64,000 nt of DNA from contig CAYVOF010000002.1 in the NCBI GenBank assembly GCA_964453405.1, positions 10,825 through 74,824 of the forward strand. Direction: 5' to 3'. Source of the stretch: an uncultured Candidatus Saccharibacteria bacterium. Its GTDB lineage: Bacteria; Patescibacteriota; Doudnabacteria; UBA920. Numbering within the stretch: the stretch's first letter is position 1; each line of letters opens with the position of its first letter. The translations under genes and the position numbers were made by a program. Below the pieces are notes generated by a model. That model was not told the DNA's origin. It worked only from the letters and a program-made list of their open reading frames with translations, and did not search any database. This document shows, piece by piece, positions 1 through 9,899 of this stretch.

Positions 1-411
1 ACTAGCCACAAAGAATTATTCTTACAAGCTGACCACTCGCTATATAGAATAAATACTGTACCGGAATTATTTAGCAGTCAAGTTGAATCAGTAAATTTTA
101 ACGCCAATCGCCAAGAACTAACTTTTACCACACCAACCGAAATTTATTTTTATAACTTTTCCTCGGGTCAGACCGAATTATTTCACCGCAGTTCCCAAGC
201 CTTAACCCAAGCTTTTGTAGTTCCAGAACTTGGTTATGGTTTTGTGACCACTGACAAAGAAGTCTCTGCCATCGAAATAGATAATCGCAACGGTCAAAAT
301 CAATACACGCTGTATAATATGACCCCCGCTAGTATGATGCAATTATCCGATGACGAAAATCAGCTAGTTATTCTAGCAGATCAAAAATTATATTCTATTA
401 TTGTAAACTAG
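1..411 (+). CDS. Partial CDS (C-terminal 136 codons), hypothetical protein; 5' end lies outside the window
   Basis: Open frame with no stop from position 1 to the TAG at 409-411. Missing from the ORF track only because it has no in-window start codon. Confidence 0.4.
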   Translation, partial: TSHKELFLQADHSLYRINTVPELFSSQVESVNFNANRQELTFTTPTEIYFYNFSSGQTELFHRSSQALTQAFVVPELGYGFVTTDKEVSAIEIDNRNGQNQYTLYNMTPASMMQLSDDENQLVILADQKLYSIIVN

Positions 412-415
412 CGGT

Positions 416-826
416 TTATAAACTAAGGGCTTTATCGATGGCCTGATTAACCATACGATCAGCTTCTTTATTAAACTCACGTAAAATATGCTTAAAGCTA
501 TAGTTATCAAATTCCGCTAATAATCTTTTTACCTTAGCCGCCAACTCCTGTAAATGGGGTTGTTTTATTTTATACTCCCCTAACATTTGCTTAACAATCA
601 ATTCGGAGTCCATAGAAATCTCTAAATCAGTTCCGCCTAAAGTTTTGGAAGATTTAAGAGCTTCGATAAGCGCGGTATATTCGGCTACGTTATTTGTCGT
701 TTCGCCCAAATACTGACCGTGCTCTAAAATAATCGCCCCGTTTTCATCTTTAATTACCCATCCTGCACCCGCAGGTCCTGGGTTACCCCGCGCACCACCA
801 TCTGTACTAAGCAGTAATTTCTTCAT
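416..826 (-). CDS. rnhA: Ribonuclease HI
   Basis: N-terminal TDGGARGNPGPAGAG motif and an RNase H-like catalytic core; 136 aa. Confidence 0.8.
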   Translation of the reverse strand: MKKLLLSTDGGARGNPGPAGAGWVIKDENGAIILEHGQYLGETTNNVAEYTALIEALKSSKTLGGTDLEISMDSELIVKQMLGEYKIKQPHLQELAAKVKRLLAEFDNYSFKHILREFNKEADRMVNQAIDKALSL

Positions 827-2651
827 TTTGATTTAAATTTATTAGTTGTTCTTCTTGTTGTGGTTCTTGCTCAGATTCTACGCCTTCTATAAAAGTTACT
901 GGCTGTGCAACCACGACCTCTTCCTTTATTTTAACATCAATCAGGCGCATCTTTAACTTTTTTGTGCCGTTCCAGCTATCTACCATAAGTTCTCCCGCAA
1001 TAGAAATTTCTTTACCTGCTTCTAAGTTAGAGGCAGCATAAGCCATACTAAAGCCAATGGTTTCTAGCAGCGTTTCACCGCAAAGAACTTGAAGCTGTAA
1101 ATGTTGCTGATTAGCGCCAACCAAGCGATGTGAAATGACCGTGGCATCAGATAAAACAAATTTTGGTTTTGGATTACCCGCACCATACGGCTCTAGGGCT
1201 TCTATTTCTGCATAACGCTCAAAAGATAAGTCGCTTTCTGTAAGTTCGGCATCAAGCTCTAATATTGCTGGTGGGAGTTCTTCTGGCCAGTGATTATCTG
1301 TGTATTTCAGAAGTTCCATATAGAACTCGTCCATGTTTTCATTTAGTACTGTTAAGCCGGCAGCTTCTTTATGACCGCCAAACTTTTTGATTTTGTCACG
1401 GCATGCAATAAGAGCCGAGACAATATCAAACCCGCGCGCAGTACGAGCCGATCCAGTAGATTCAGTTTCACCCTTTTGCATCACTATGACGGGTTTTTTG
1501 TAGTGATCGGCTAACTTACCTGCCACAATACCAACCACGCCTTTTGGCCAGGCTTCGTCCGACAAAACTAAAATTTTTCGGTCACTAATTTGCGAGGCTT
1601 TTTCTTTGGCTTCCGAAACTATTCGCGCAGTAATATCCTGACGGCGACGATTAATTTCTTCAATACGATTTGCCAAGTCTATTCCTTCGGCATAATCTGT
1701 TGTGGTAAGCAACTTTAACGCAACATCGGCGTGCTCTAAACGACCAGCAGCATTGATGCGCGGTGCAATATTAAAACCAATGGTAATTGAATCAGGAGCC
1801 TTCTTTCTAAAATCTAATCCAGCGTTCTCTATTAATAACCGCAGGCCCTGCCAACGAGTTTTTTGCAACACTTTTAAACCAAATTTTACCAAGATGCGAT
1901 TTTCACCGAGCAAAGAATGGACGTCAGCCACTGTTCCAATCGCCACTAAGTCTAAGAGCCACTTATCCCATTCCGAATTATATTCATCTGGCTGAATCTT
2001 TTTTTGGGCAATCACTTTTTCGTGATTACTTAACAACGCCTTTGCAAATTTATACGCCACACCCACACCAGTTACTTGCTTATCAGGATACAACTCAGTG
2101 GGGTTTTTGGGGTTCACTAAAGCAAAGGCATCCGGAATGTCGCCAGTGATTTCATGGTGATCAGTAATAATTAAATCAATACCGTTGGCTTTGCAAAACT
2201 TAGCTTCTTCAACGGAGTTAGTACCACAATCCACAGTTATTACCAACTTCACCCCCATGTCTTTGATTTTTTGAAAAGCCTCAAGGTTTAAGCCATACCC
2301 TTCCGCAAAGCGGTCAGGAATATAACTTTCTACATTATCAAGTCCTAAATATCGAAAAGTTTGTTGTAAAACGGCATTAGCTGTCACAGCGTCAGCATCA
2401 TAGTCGCCGTAAATAAGAATTTTCTCACCAGTCTCGATCGCACGCCAAGTGCGGTCCACAGCTTCGCGCATTTGGCCAAATAAAAACGGATCGTAAAGAT
2501 TGTGGTAATCTGGGTTTAAAAACCAGTCTACTCTGTCAGGATCTGACAACCCCAAATTATAGAGAAGTTGCACTTGGAGACTCGAAATTTCTGGAAATTG
2601 CTCCAAAATTGCTGAAGGGACCGGATTTTTTAACTGCCAGTGTTTTGCCAT
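807..2651 (-). CDS. recJ: Single-stranded-DNA-specific exonuclease RecJ
   Basis: DHH phosphoesterase motifs (ITDHHE) and a DHHA1-like C-terminus. The track start at 2693 is a TTG; the ATG start MAKHWQ is at 2651. Confidence 0.85.
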   Translation of the reverse strand: MAKHWQLKNPVPSAILEQFPEISSLQVQLLYNLGLSDPDRVDWFLNPDYHNLYDPFLFGQMREAVDRTWRAIETGEKILIYGDYDADAVTANAVLQQTFRYLGLDNVESYIPDRFAEGYGLNLEAFQKIKDMGVKLVITVDCGTNSVEEAKFCKANGIDLIITDHHEITGDIPDAFALVNPKNPTELYPDKQVTGVGVAYKFAKALLSNHEKVIAQKKIQPDEYNSEWDKWLLDLVAIGTVADVHSLLGENRILVKFGLKVLQKTRWQGLRLLIENAGLDFRKKAPDSITIGFNIAPRINAAGRLEHADVALKLLTTTDYAEGIDLANRIEEINRRRQDITARIVSEAKEKASQISDRKILVLSDEAWPKGVVGIVAGKLADHYKKPVIVMQKGETESTGSARTARGFDIVSALIACRDKIKKFGGHKEAAGLTVLNENMDEFYMELLKYTDNHWPEELPPAILELDAELTESDLSFERYAEIEALEPYGAGNPKPKFVLSDATVISHRLVGANQQHLQLQVLCGETLLETIGFSMAYAASNLEAGKEISIAGELMVDSWNGTKKLKMRLIDVKIKEEVVVAQPVTFIEGVESEQEPQQEEQLINLNQNEEITA

Positions 2652-2703
2652 ATTTGAATGATAGCACGGTGGTTTATATTGAAACAGCAACAAAGCCCTT
2701 GCC

Positions 2704-2732
2704 TTGACAATATTAAATAAATCTAGTACAAT
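2704..2732 (+). promoter_or_regulatory. Sigma70-type promoter TTGACA-17-TACAAT upstream of the repeat-protein gene
   Basis: Consensus -35 and -10 hexamers with a 17-nt spacer, about 75 nt upstream of the ATG at 2810. Confidence 0.5.
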
Positions 2733-2809
2733 ATGGAGTTCTCAAACAGAAATCTTTTCAAAAAAAACAACATGGCAGGCTGGTAAAACCGCCCGCAAGG
2801 AGGAAAAAC

Positions 2810-3493
2810 ATGTTTAACTTTAACCGTTTTAACGTAGCGCTAGGATTAGTTATGACAGCCATAGTATGGTGGCTAACTGGCCTTTCATTGTCAGCAGGCA
2901 GCGGTGTCTTGTTCTTAATCGGAGTATTCCTTTTATCCACACCATTCCTAAAGATTAAAGGTAACCTATGGTCGCTTTTTGGCGGATTCAACCTAGATGG
3001 TAGCGTTTATTCATTGTTTAGCGTTATTCAAATTGCTAATCAGGATGCTATATCACTATTTGGTTTATCCCTTTTGCAGGGGGCCGGTAGAAAATCTATC
3101 CAAATATTTGGGGTGTCATTTATTCAAGTCGCTGGACGGGAAGCTATCCAAGCGATAGGAATCTCTATAGCTCAGCTTTCAAAGGAAGATGTGATTCAGC
3201 TCGCTGGAATCTCCTTAATTCAATTTGCATTTGAGGGAGAGGCCTTTCAGGTATTGGGATTTTTATTATTCCAAGGAGGTGAAAATGAAGCTGCTCAAAT
3301 CATAGGAGTAACTATGGTGCAAGCTTCAGGCGATACATCTGCCCAATTATTTGGACTAATACTTCTTCAACTAGCGGACGAACGAGCAGAGCAATCATTA
3401 GGTTTGTGCGCTATTAGATCCGCAGAACGAGTAACCGGCAAAACTGCTCACCTGATATATGAGAAACCGAGTAACTTCGCTATTGCCAATTAA
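2810..3493 (+). CDS. Membrane-anchored protein with eight tandem 16-aa repeats (IQxxGxSxxQxxxxxx)
   Basis: Strong SD (AAGGAGG) 6 nt upstream. N-terminal TM helices followed by a 48-nt periodic repeat in the DNA at 3050-3435. Confidence 0.6.
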   Translation: MFNFNRFNVALGLVMTAIVWWLTGLSLSAGSGVLFLIGVFLLSTPFLKIKGNLWSLFGGFNLDGSVYSLFSVIQIANQDAISLFGLSLLQGAGRKSIQIFGVSFIQVAGREAIQAIGISIAQLSKEDVIQLAGISLIQFAFEGEAFQVLGFLLFQGGENEAAQIIGVTMVQASGDTSAQLFGLILLQLADERAEQSLGLCAIRSAERVTGKTAHLIYEKPSNFAIAN

Positions 3494-3506
3494 GATCACT
3501 GACAAC

Positions 3507-3537
3507 AAAAGACTGTCCATACGACAGTCTTTTTTAT
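3507..3537 (+). terminator. Rho-independent terminator
   Basis: Perfect hairpin (agactgtc cat ac gacagtct) followed by a T-run. Confidence 0.7.
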
Positions 3538-3568
3538 TTTATAAATTTTTACGAGGCCGCGCCCCAAA

Positions 3569-5191
3569 CTACTTCAACTGCTCTTCAATCTGATCCTTTA
3601 GACTCACCGAAGTCATTTCTGGCGGCTTCTGAATACCAAAGAAGTCTAATACTGTTGGTGCCACATCCGAAACCACCCCTGAAGGCATAGTGTTAGACAA
3701 CGACAAATAGTTGCGTGTAGTTGCCTCTTTAAAAGCTAAATCTTTGGCAACAGCAATAAATGGCACTGGACTGGTACTGTGTTCGGTGTTAACGTCGCCA
3801 GTTTTGCGATCCAACATTTCTTCGATATTGCCGTGGTCTGCAGTAATAATTAACAAGCCATCAACGCTTAGCACTGCGCGACGGATTTTTTCTAAAAAGC
3901 GATCAACATATTGGACAGCTTTAACCGCAGCATCCATATTCCCTGTATGCCCTACCATATCCGTGTTAGCAAAATTGGCTAAATAAAATTGAAAATCTTC
4001 TTCTAATATTTTTTGCACTAATTTATCTGAAACTTCTATTCCCGACATCTGCGGCCTGTCTACATAATTTTTGTCATTAACTGGGCTTTGTATAATCACC
4101 CGTTCTTCGCCAGTAAATGGTTCACTTTTACCACCATTAAAAAATGAAGTCACGTGAGCAAACTTTTCACTTTCTGCAATATGAAACTGCCGCAAATTAT
4201 TTGTCGCAATAACTTCTGACAAATTATTTTTTAAATCCTGTTGAGCGAAGGCTACATGAACCGGCAGGGTACTAAAGTATTCGGTCATGGTAGCAAAGTA
4301 AAGATTTTCCAAAGGGGCGTGCTTTTTTTCGATATCCATTTCTTCGGGAACAACAAATGCTCGAGTTAACTGCAACGCACGATCCGAACGGAAATTAAAA
4401 AATATCACTGCATCATTAGGACCGACAACAGCAGTTGGCTTAATACTACCATCTTCACTGGATCGATCAACGATTACTGTTGGCGGAATCATTTCATCAA
4501 AGACACCTTGATTGTAATTATTAAGCACCGCGTCTTCTACTGTGTCTGCAGAGGCACCTGCACCTTTAACCATGGCGCGATAAGTAGCTTCGGTTTGATC
4601 CCAGTGCTTACCACGATCCATACCATAAAACCGACCGGCGATTGTGGCAATCTTTCCCACATTCTCCCTAGCCATAACTTCTTTTAACTGCGCAATGCTG
4701 TCGAGCGCAACTTTTGGCCCGGTGTCGCGACCATCAGTAAACATATGAATGAACACGTCAGTAAAATCCTGTTCGCGGCACATACCGAGCAACGCATACA
4801 AATGTTCGCTACTACTGTGAACTCCCCCGTCGCTAACCAATCCAACTAAGTGTAATTTTGATTTATTTTTCTTTGCATGTTCAATGGCTTCCAAAAATAC
4901 TGGATTAGTTAAAAAGGTGCGATTTTGAATAGCCTGGTTAATGCGTGGTAAATCTTGACCCACCACTCGACCTGCACCCATATTTAAATGGCCTACTTCG
5001 GAGTTACCTACTTCACCCCAAGGCAGTCCAACAATAGGCCCAGATGCCAACAAAGTTAACGATGGATAATGCGCAATCATATCATTAATACAATCTGGAT
5101 GCGCCAAAGCAATCGCATTACCATGTGTGTAAGTGGCAACACCAAAACCATCGAGAACAACTAGGACAATTTTTTTATAAGTTCGAGGCAT
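3569..5191 (-). CDS. gpmI: 2,3-bisphosphoglycerate-independent phosphoglycerate mutase
   Basis: 540 aa with an iPGM-like N-terminus (KKIVLVVLDGFG) and a metal-binding core. Confidence 0.9.
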   Translation of the reverse strand: MPRTYKKIVLVVLDGFGVATYTHGNAIALAHPDCINDMIAHYPSLTLLASGPIVGLPWGEVGNSEVGHLNMGAGRVVGQDLPRINQAIQNRTFLTNPVFLEAIEHAKKNKSKLHLVGLVSDGGVHSSSEHLYALLGMCREQDFTDVFIHMFTDGRDTGPKVALDSIAQLKEVMARENVGKIATIAGRFYGMDRGKHWDQTEATYRAMVKGAGASADTVEDAVLNNYNQGVFDEMIPPTVIVDRSSEDGSIKPTAVVGPNDAVIFFNFRSDRALQLTRAFVVPEEMDIEKKHAPLENLYFATMTEYFSTLPVHVAFAQQDLKNNLSEVIATNNLRQFHIAESEKFAHVTSFFNGGKSEPFTGEERVIIQSPVNDKNYVDRPQMSGIEVSDKLVQKILEEDFQFYLANFANTDMVGHTGNMDAAVKAVQYVDRFLEKIRRAVLSVDGLLIITADHGNIEEMLDRKTGDVNTEHSTSPVPFIAVAKDLAFKEATTRNYLSLSNTMPSGVVSDVAPTVLDFFGIQKPPEMTSVSLKDQIEEQLK

Positions 5192-5201
5192 TTATGTTCA
5201 G

Positions 5202-6455
5202 CTATTGATTTAGTTCGACAGCAATTTTTAATAAGCGATTATACTTTGCCATGCGCTCTCCGCGCGCCAAGCTACCTGCTTTTATATAATCAGCTGCAGC
5301 AGCCACGCTAAGGTCTGCAATAAAATCATCTAAAGTTTCGCCGCTGCGGTGAGAAATTATAACTTTGTAATTAAACTTTTTAGCGAGTTTGATAGTAGTC
5401 ATGGTTTCACTTAAAGTTCCAATCTGATTAACTTTTATTAGAATGCTGTTAGCGATTCCAGAAATTATTCCTGTTTGCAAACGTTCGGGATTAGTGACAA
5501 AAAGATCATCACCGACTAGCGATACAGTGCCACCCAGCTCGGCCGTCAATTTTTGCCAACCTTCAAAGTCATCTTCGGCACAACCATCTTCGATCACTTC
5601 TAAACCGAATTGCTTAATCCATTTTGCATACAATTTATAAACACTCGATGGTTTGTAGTGCATGCGATCGGAACTAAAATTATATACACCGCGCTCGCTA
5701 TCGAAAAATTCGCTAGCTGCGGCGTCAATTCCTAAAGCAATATCTTTACCTAATTTTAATTTCGCTTTATGAATAGCCGCGATCATAAATCGCAATGCTT
5801 TTTCATTAGAATGTACCTTTGGAGCAAACCCGCCTTCGTCGCCCAGACCAACCGACAAATTTTTACTAATAATAAGTTGGCGCAACGCCCAAATAACTTC
5901 ACTACCAATCTCTAATTTTTTAGCAAACTTACCGCGTTTTGGAATAAAGAAAAATTCCTGCACATCAGTTCCCGAGTCAGCATGCAAACCACCATTGATA
6001 ACATTCAATAATGGTGTTGGAAGTTTAGAAGGTTTAGATAGGCCATAAGCTTTTGCAAGATAACTGTATAGCGGTTGACCTTTGAGCTCGCTGGCGAGGC
6101 GCGCCACAGCCAAAGAAACTCCAAGTATCGCATTCGCGCCGAGCTTACTCTTGTTTGGTGTACCATCTTTATCGATCATCAATTGATCAATTTTTTGCTG
6201 CTCAAAAACCGAAATATTTTTTAGTAATGGCGCAACAACTTTTTCAACATTTCGACAAGCTTTAGAAACACCTAAACCACGCCAAGCTTTACCACCATCG
6301 CGCAGTTCAACAGCTTCATGACTTCCCGTAGACGCTCCACTAGGCACCGAGGCAATAGCAAAAGCCTTGTCTGCTTGCACACAGACCTCTAAAGTTGGAT
6401 TGCCGCGACTATCAAAAATCTGCCGCGCAGTAATCTTGGTTATTTGTGAAGCCAT
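5202..6455 (-). CDS. eno: Enolase
   Basis: Canonical N-terminus ITKITARQIFDSRGNPTLEV; 417 aa. Confidence 0.95.
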   Translation of the reverse strand: MASQITKITARQIFDSRGNPTLEVCVQADKAFAIASVPSGASTGSHEAVELRDGGKAWRGLGVSKACRNVEKVVAPLLKNISVFEQQKIDQLMIDKDGTPNKSKLGANAILGVSLAVARLASELKGQPLYSYLAKAYGLSKPSKLPTPLLNVINGGLHADSGTDVQEFFFIPKRGKFAKKLEIGSEVIWALRQLIISKNLSVGLGDEGGFAPKVHSNEKALRFMIAAIHKAKLKLGKDIALGIDAAASEFFDSERGVYNFSSDRMHYKPSSVYKLYAKWIKQFGLEVIEDGCAEDDFEGWQKLTAELGGTVSLVGDDLFVTNPERLQTGIISGIANSILIKVNQIGTLSETMTTIKLAKKFNYKVIISHRSGETLDDFIADLSVAAAADYIKAGSLARGERMAKYNRLLKIAVELNQ

Positions 6456-6524
6456 TTATATTTATTTGTAGTTTTTTTGTTTGTGATTTCTTTCCTGTTT
6501 TTTGGTTATTTTCCGCTAAACTGT

Positions 6525-6565
6525 GGATTTATTATACCATTTTTTGATAAAAATAAAAAATCCTC
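6525..6565 (-). promoter_or_regulatory. Putative extended -10 promoter (TGGTATAAT) for eno-gpmI
   Basis: The reverse complement of attatacca at 6531-6539 gives TGgTATAAT upstream of the eno start. Confidence 0.35.
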
Positions 6566-6595
6566 AAGAAATTTATAAAGGACCGATTAAAGATC

Positions 6596-7297
6596 TTAAG
6601 ACTTTGAAAACCATGGAGTATCCGACCAGCCAGGTTTAGCATAAAAATACAGAGTAGGCATATCGGGTAAAACATTTTTTAGTTTTGGGTCAGAGAAAGC
6701 ATGGAAAATTGAATTAGGGAATTCCGACTCTAGTATTGATTTTTCTAAATCTCTCATAACAAAGTATTTCTGAGCTGCTTCTATGTGATTTAAATGTATA
6801 TTTCTGTTTTTTGCATTGCGTTCGATCACTTCATTATTCTCAACCAGAGACCACCAATTCTTATTCTGACCCAATTGTTTTTGTCTAATTAAATCAAAAG
6901 AAATTCCATATTTCTTCCAAAGATCACTTAAAAATATGGATTTAAATCCGTATTTCTTAAAGATTTGATTGACACTTTTTATATACGATTGTATAACAGT
7001 TTTTTTATAACCGTTATGCAAACCGTGCATATCTGCAAATATAAAAGTAAAGTTAAGTCCTGGTGGATATAGATTACGTATTTCTAAATTTAAATCATTT
7101 AAAAATTTACATGCTAACTCATCATTAGAATCGGATTTTGACTTTGGCCCTACTCCCCAAAACCCAACCAATTCTATAGGTTTACTTTTTTTAACCGCAT
7201 TTTTAATCAAAAAATGGATATCTTTTGGGAGATAAGGCTTTCCCCTATTGTATCGCCGACTTCTTAACAAGGAATAGATTTGCTCTTCTATTGGCAT
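6596..7297 (-). CDS. Hypothetical protein with anomalously AT-rich composition, embedded between pgk and eno
   Basis: 233-aa ORF with no recognisable motif. The local GC is visibly lower than in the flanking glycolytic genes. Confidence 0.5.
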   Translation of the reverse strand: MPIEEQIYSLLRSRRYNRGKPYLPKDIHFLIKNAVKKSKPIELVGFWGVGPKSKSDSNDELACKFLNDLNLEIRNLYPPGLNFTFIFADMHGLHNGYKKTVIQSYIKSVNQIFKKYGFKSIFLSDLWKKYGISFDLIRQKQLGQNKNWWSLVENNEVIERNAKNRNIHLNHIEAAQKYFVMRDLEKSILESEFPNSIFHAFSDPKLKNVLPDMPTLYFYAKPGWSDTPWFSKS

Positions 7298-7314
7298 AAG
7301 GGTATTCGCACCAG

Positions 7315-8577
7315 TTATTTTCTCAAAGCCTCAATCCCAGGCAGCTTACTACCAGCCAAGTACTCCAGCATAGCGCCACCACCGGTTGAGACATGGTCAA
7401 AGTGTTCCATCTGACCAGCTTGTCGGATAGATGCCACTGTTTCACCTCCACCAGCCATAGCATAACTTGATCGAGACCCCACACCACCAATAACTTTAGC
7501 CAACGCCATCGTTCCGGCGCGAAAAGGTTTTTTTTCAAAATAACCCATGGGTCCGTTCCAGCAGATCGTTCCAGCACTTTTTAAAATTTTACTAAATGCT
7601 AAAATTGTTTGCGGACCTATATCATAAAGTTTATCTGTGCTAACCACTTCGGTAATTTTCTTTGCTTTAGCTTTATCAGGAGTTTTTATAGTTTCAACAG
7701 CCACATCGGATGGCAATACTAACTTGGCTTTAAAATTTAACAGCATTTCTTTTGCCAAAGCTAAGCTTTGATTGTCTAAACCATTTTTTCCAATATCATA
7801 ACCTTGTCCGCTTAAAAATAAGTTAGCCAAACCGCCCGCTAATAAAATTTTGTCTGCACGTTTTCCTAAATTCCTTAAAGTCTTTTCCTTATCAACAATT
7901 TTTATCCCGCCCATCACTAATATGAATGGTTTTCGAATCGCTGGAGAAAGAATATAATCCATAGCTTTGATTTCTTTTTCTAGTAGCGGTCCGGCGAAAC
8001 TTGGCAAATGTTTAGTTACACCCACAACAGAAGCAGCTGCACGGTGACAAACGCTAAAAGCATCGTTGACATAAAAGTCAGCGAGGCCAGCTAAATGTTT
8101 AGAAAATTCTTCGGTATTACTATCTTCACCTTCGTAAAAACGAATGTTCTCCAACATAACAATATCTTGCGGTGACTGAGCTTCTAAAAGTTTATGAGTT
8201 TCTGGTTCTGTTAAATTCTTTTTGAATAAAACTACATGAGAAATTGGATAAGTTGGCAATTTGGCATCGGTTTCAACAAATTTATACTCCAAAAATTTAG
8301 ACAAGCAATCTGCCACTGGGTGCAAACTAAACTCGTCCATTTCTTTTCCTTTAGGCCACTTTCCATCAGGACGACCCAAATGTGACGCAATAATAATTTT
8401 TACACCAGATTTTTGCAGTAACTTTACAGTCGGTAAAATTGCCTGAATACGAAAGTTATCTAAGAGCTTGCCTTTGTCATTCACCTCTTCGTTTAGATCC
8501 ACACGCAATAAAACTCGCTTATTTTTAAGGAATTTAGGATCTTTTTTTAAATTTTCGGTAAGACTGGAAATTGGCAA
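7315..8577 (-). CDS. pgk: Phosphoglycerate kinase
   Basis: RVDLNEE...GK motif, an R/K-rich hinge and GGGA-containing C-domain motifs; 420 aa. Confidence 0.9.
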   Translation of the reverse strand: MPISSLTENLKKDPKFLKNKRVLLRVDLNEEVNDKGKLLDNFRIQAILPTVKLLQKSGVKIIIASHLGRPDGKWPKGKEMDEFSLHPVADCLSKFLEYKFVETDAKLPTYPISHVVLFKKNLTEPETHKLLEAQSPQDIVMLENIRFYEGEDSNTEEFSKHLAGLADFYVNDAFSVCHRAAASVVGVTKHLPSFAGPLLEKEIKAMDYILSPAIRKPFILVMGGIKIVDKEKTLRNLGKRADKILLAGGLANLFLSGQGYDIGKNGLDNQSLALAKEMLLNFKAKLVLPSDVAVETIKTPDKAKAKKITEVVSTDKLYDIGPQTILAFSKILKSAGTICWNGPMGYFEKKPFRAGTMALAKVIGGVGSRSSYAMAGGGETVASIRQAGQMEHFDHVSTGGGAMLEYLAGSKLPGIEALRK

Positions 8578-8583
8578 TTTCGC

Positions 8584-9615
8584 TTATTTAATTGACTGCC
8601 CGACCAAAATCACTTGCTCAACTAAACGATTAGAATAACCAAACTCATTGTCGTACCAAGCAATAACTTTCACAAAGTTACCATTAGTAACTTTAGTGAG
8701 CGCCAAATCTACAATCGCAGATGCTGGGTTACCAACAATGTCTGAAGATACTAATGGCTCGTCACTTGTCACTAACACTCCTTTATATAAAGGATGCGTA
8801 GTGGCATCAATAAAAGCTTGATTCACTTCTTCGACCGTTACGTCGCGCTTTAATAACATAGTAAAATCGGTTAAGCTACCAACTGGTGTTGGGACGCGAA
8901 TCGCCATACCATCAAATAAACCTTTAAGTTCAGGAATTGTTTCGGTCGCAGAAATAGCAGCACCAGTGGTCGTAGGCACGATGTTCACGGCTGCGGCGCG
9001 GGCGCGACGTAAATCACCAGAGTGTTCCCCAGGAGGCGCACCATCAACTAAATTCTGTTCGGCAGTATAACTATGAATCGTAGTCATCATAGCTTTTTCG
9101 ATTCCAAACTTGGCATGCATTACTGCGGCCACAGGTGCAATACAGTTAGTAGTACACGAAGCGTTGCTAATAATGGCTTCGTCAGTATATTTATCTTCGT
9201 TAACACCAAGAACATAAGTCTTAGTAATCCCCTCATCTTTGGCTGGTGCAGAAATAATTACCCGTTTAGCGCCGGCTTTTAAATGTCCGCTGGCTTTTTC
9301 GCCACTAGTAAATCGACCAGTACTTTCGATCACCACGTCGACTTCTAATTTTGCCCAAGGTAAAGCGGCTGGATCTTTTTCTGCAGTCACTAAATAGCTT
9401 TTACCATTTACAATAATATGGTGTTCATCTGAACTAATGTCATGATCAAATTTGCCATAATTACTATCGTACTTTAAAAGATGTGCTAAAGTTTCTGGAT
9501 TACCTAAATCATTAATTGCTACAATTTCTATTTCTGGCTTATCTAAAGCAATTTTAAAAGCCTGTCGACCGATGCGACCAAAACCGTTGATTGCAATTTT
9601 TACTTTTTTTTCCAT
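8584..9615 (-). CDS. gap: Glyceraldehyde-3-phosphate dehydrogenase
   Basis: INGFGRIGR Rossmann motif and the ASCTTNCIAP active site. Confidence 0.95.
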   Translation of the reverse strand: MEKKVKIAINGFGRIGRQAFKIALDKPEIEIVAINDLGNPETLAHLLKYDSNYGKFDHDISSDEHHIIVNGKSYLVTAEKDPAALPWAKLEVDVVIESTGRFTSGEKASGHLKAGAKRVIISAPAKDEGITKTYVLGVNEDKYTDEAIISNASCTTNCIAPVAAVMHAKFGIEKAMMTTIHSYTAEQNLVDGAPPGEHSGDLRRARAAAVNIVPTTTGAAISATETIPELKGLFDGMAIRVPTPVGSLTDFTMLLKRDVTVEEVNQAFIDATTHPLYKGVLVTSDEPLVSSDIVGNPASAIVDLALTKVTNGNFVKVIAWYDNEFGYSNRLVEQVILVGQSIK

Positions 9616-9658
9616 TTTTTGTTTTTTTAATTATTTCTCTATAAAATATTCTTTTTGA

Positions 9659-9898
9659 TTACTTCACTGCTGGATTTGAGTCAATCGGTTCTACTTGATA
9701 ATTGGATGACCTGAGTAACGATGGATCAGAATCTTGCAATTCCTTTTTTACATCTTGAGAAGATTCTTTTTGAATCTCTGCAAATAACTTTACTCGCCAA
9801 GACATGATTAAACCAAGTGCTAACACACCAACAAAAAAATATATTAATAAACGGAGTCGAGTATTTTTATCTTCGAGCCCAGTACCTTGCATTCCCAT
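9659..9898 (-). CDS. Small membrane protein (79 aa), translationally coupled downstream of fba
   Basis: One TM helix. Its start lies 1 nt after the fba stop. Confidence 0.35.
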   Translation of the reverse strand: MGMQGTGLEDKNTRLRLLIYFFVGVLALGLIMSWRVKLFAEIQKESSQDVKKELQDSDPSLLRSSNYQVEPIDSNPAVK

Positions 9899-9899
9899 A

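Noticed and set aside
2652-2693. Track start codons at 2693 (recJ), 44585 (rpsJ), 50047 (161-aa gene) and 29282 (4-TM gene)
   Set aside because: These first codons are TTG in the sequence. Nearby in-frame ATG codons fit the conserved protein N-termini better, so the ATG starts were used.
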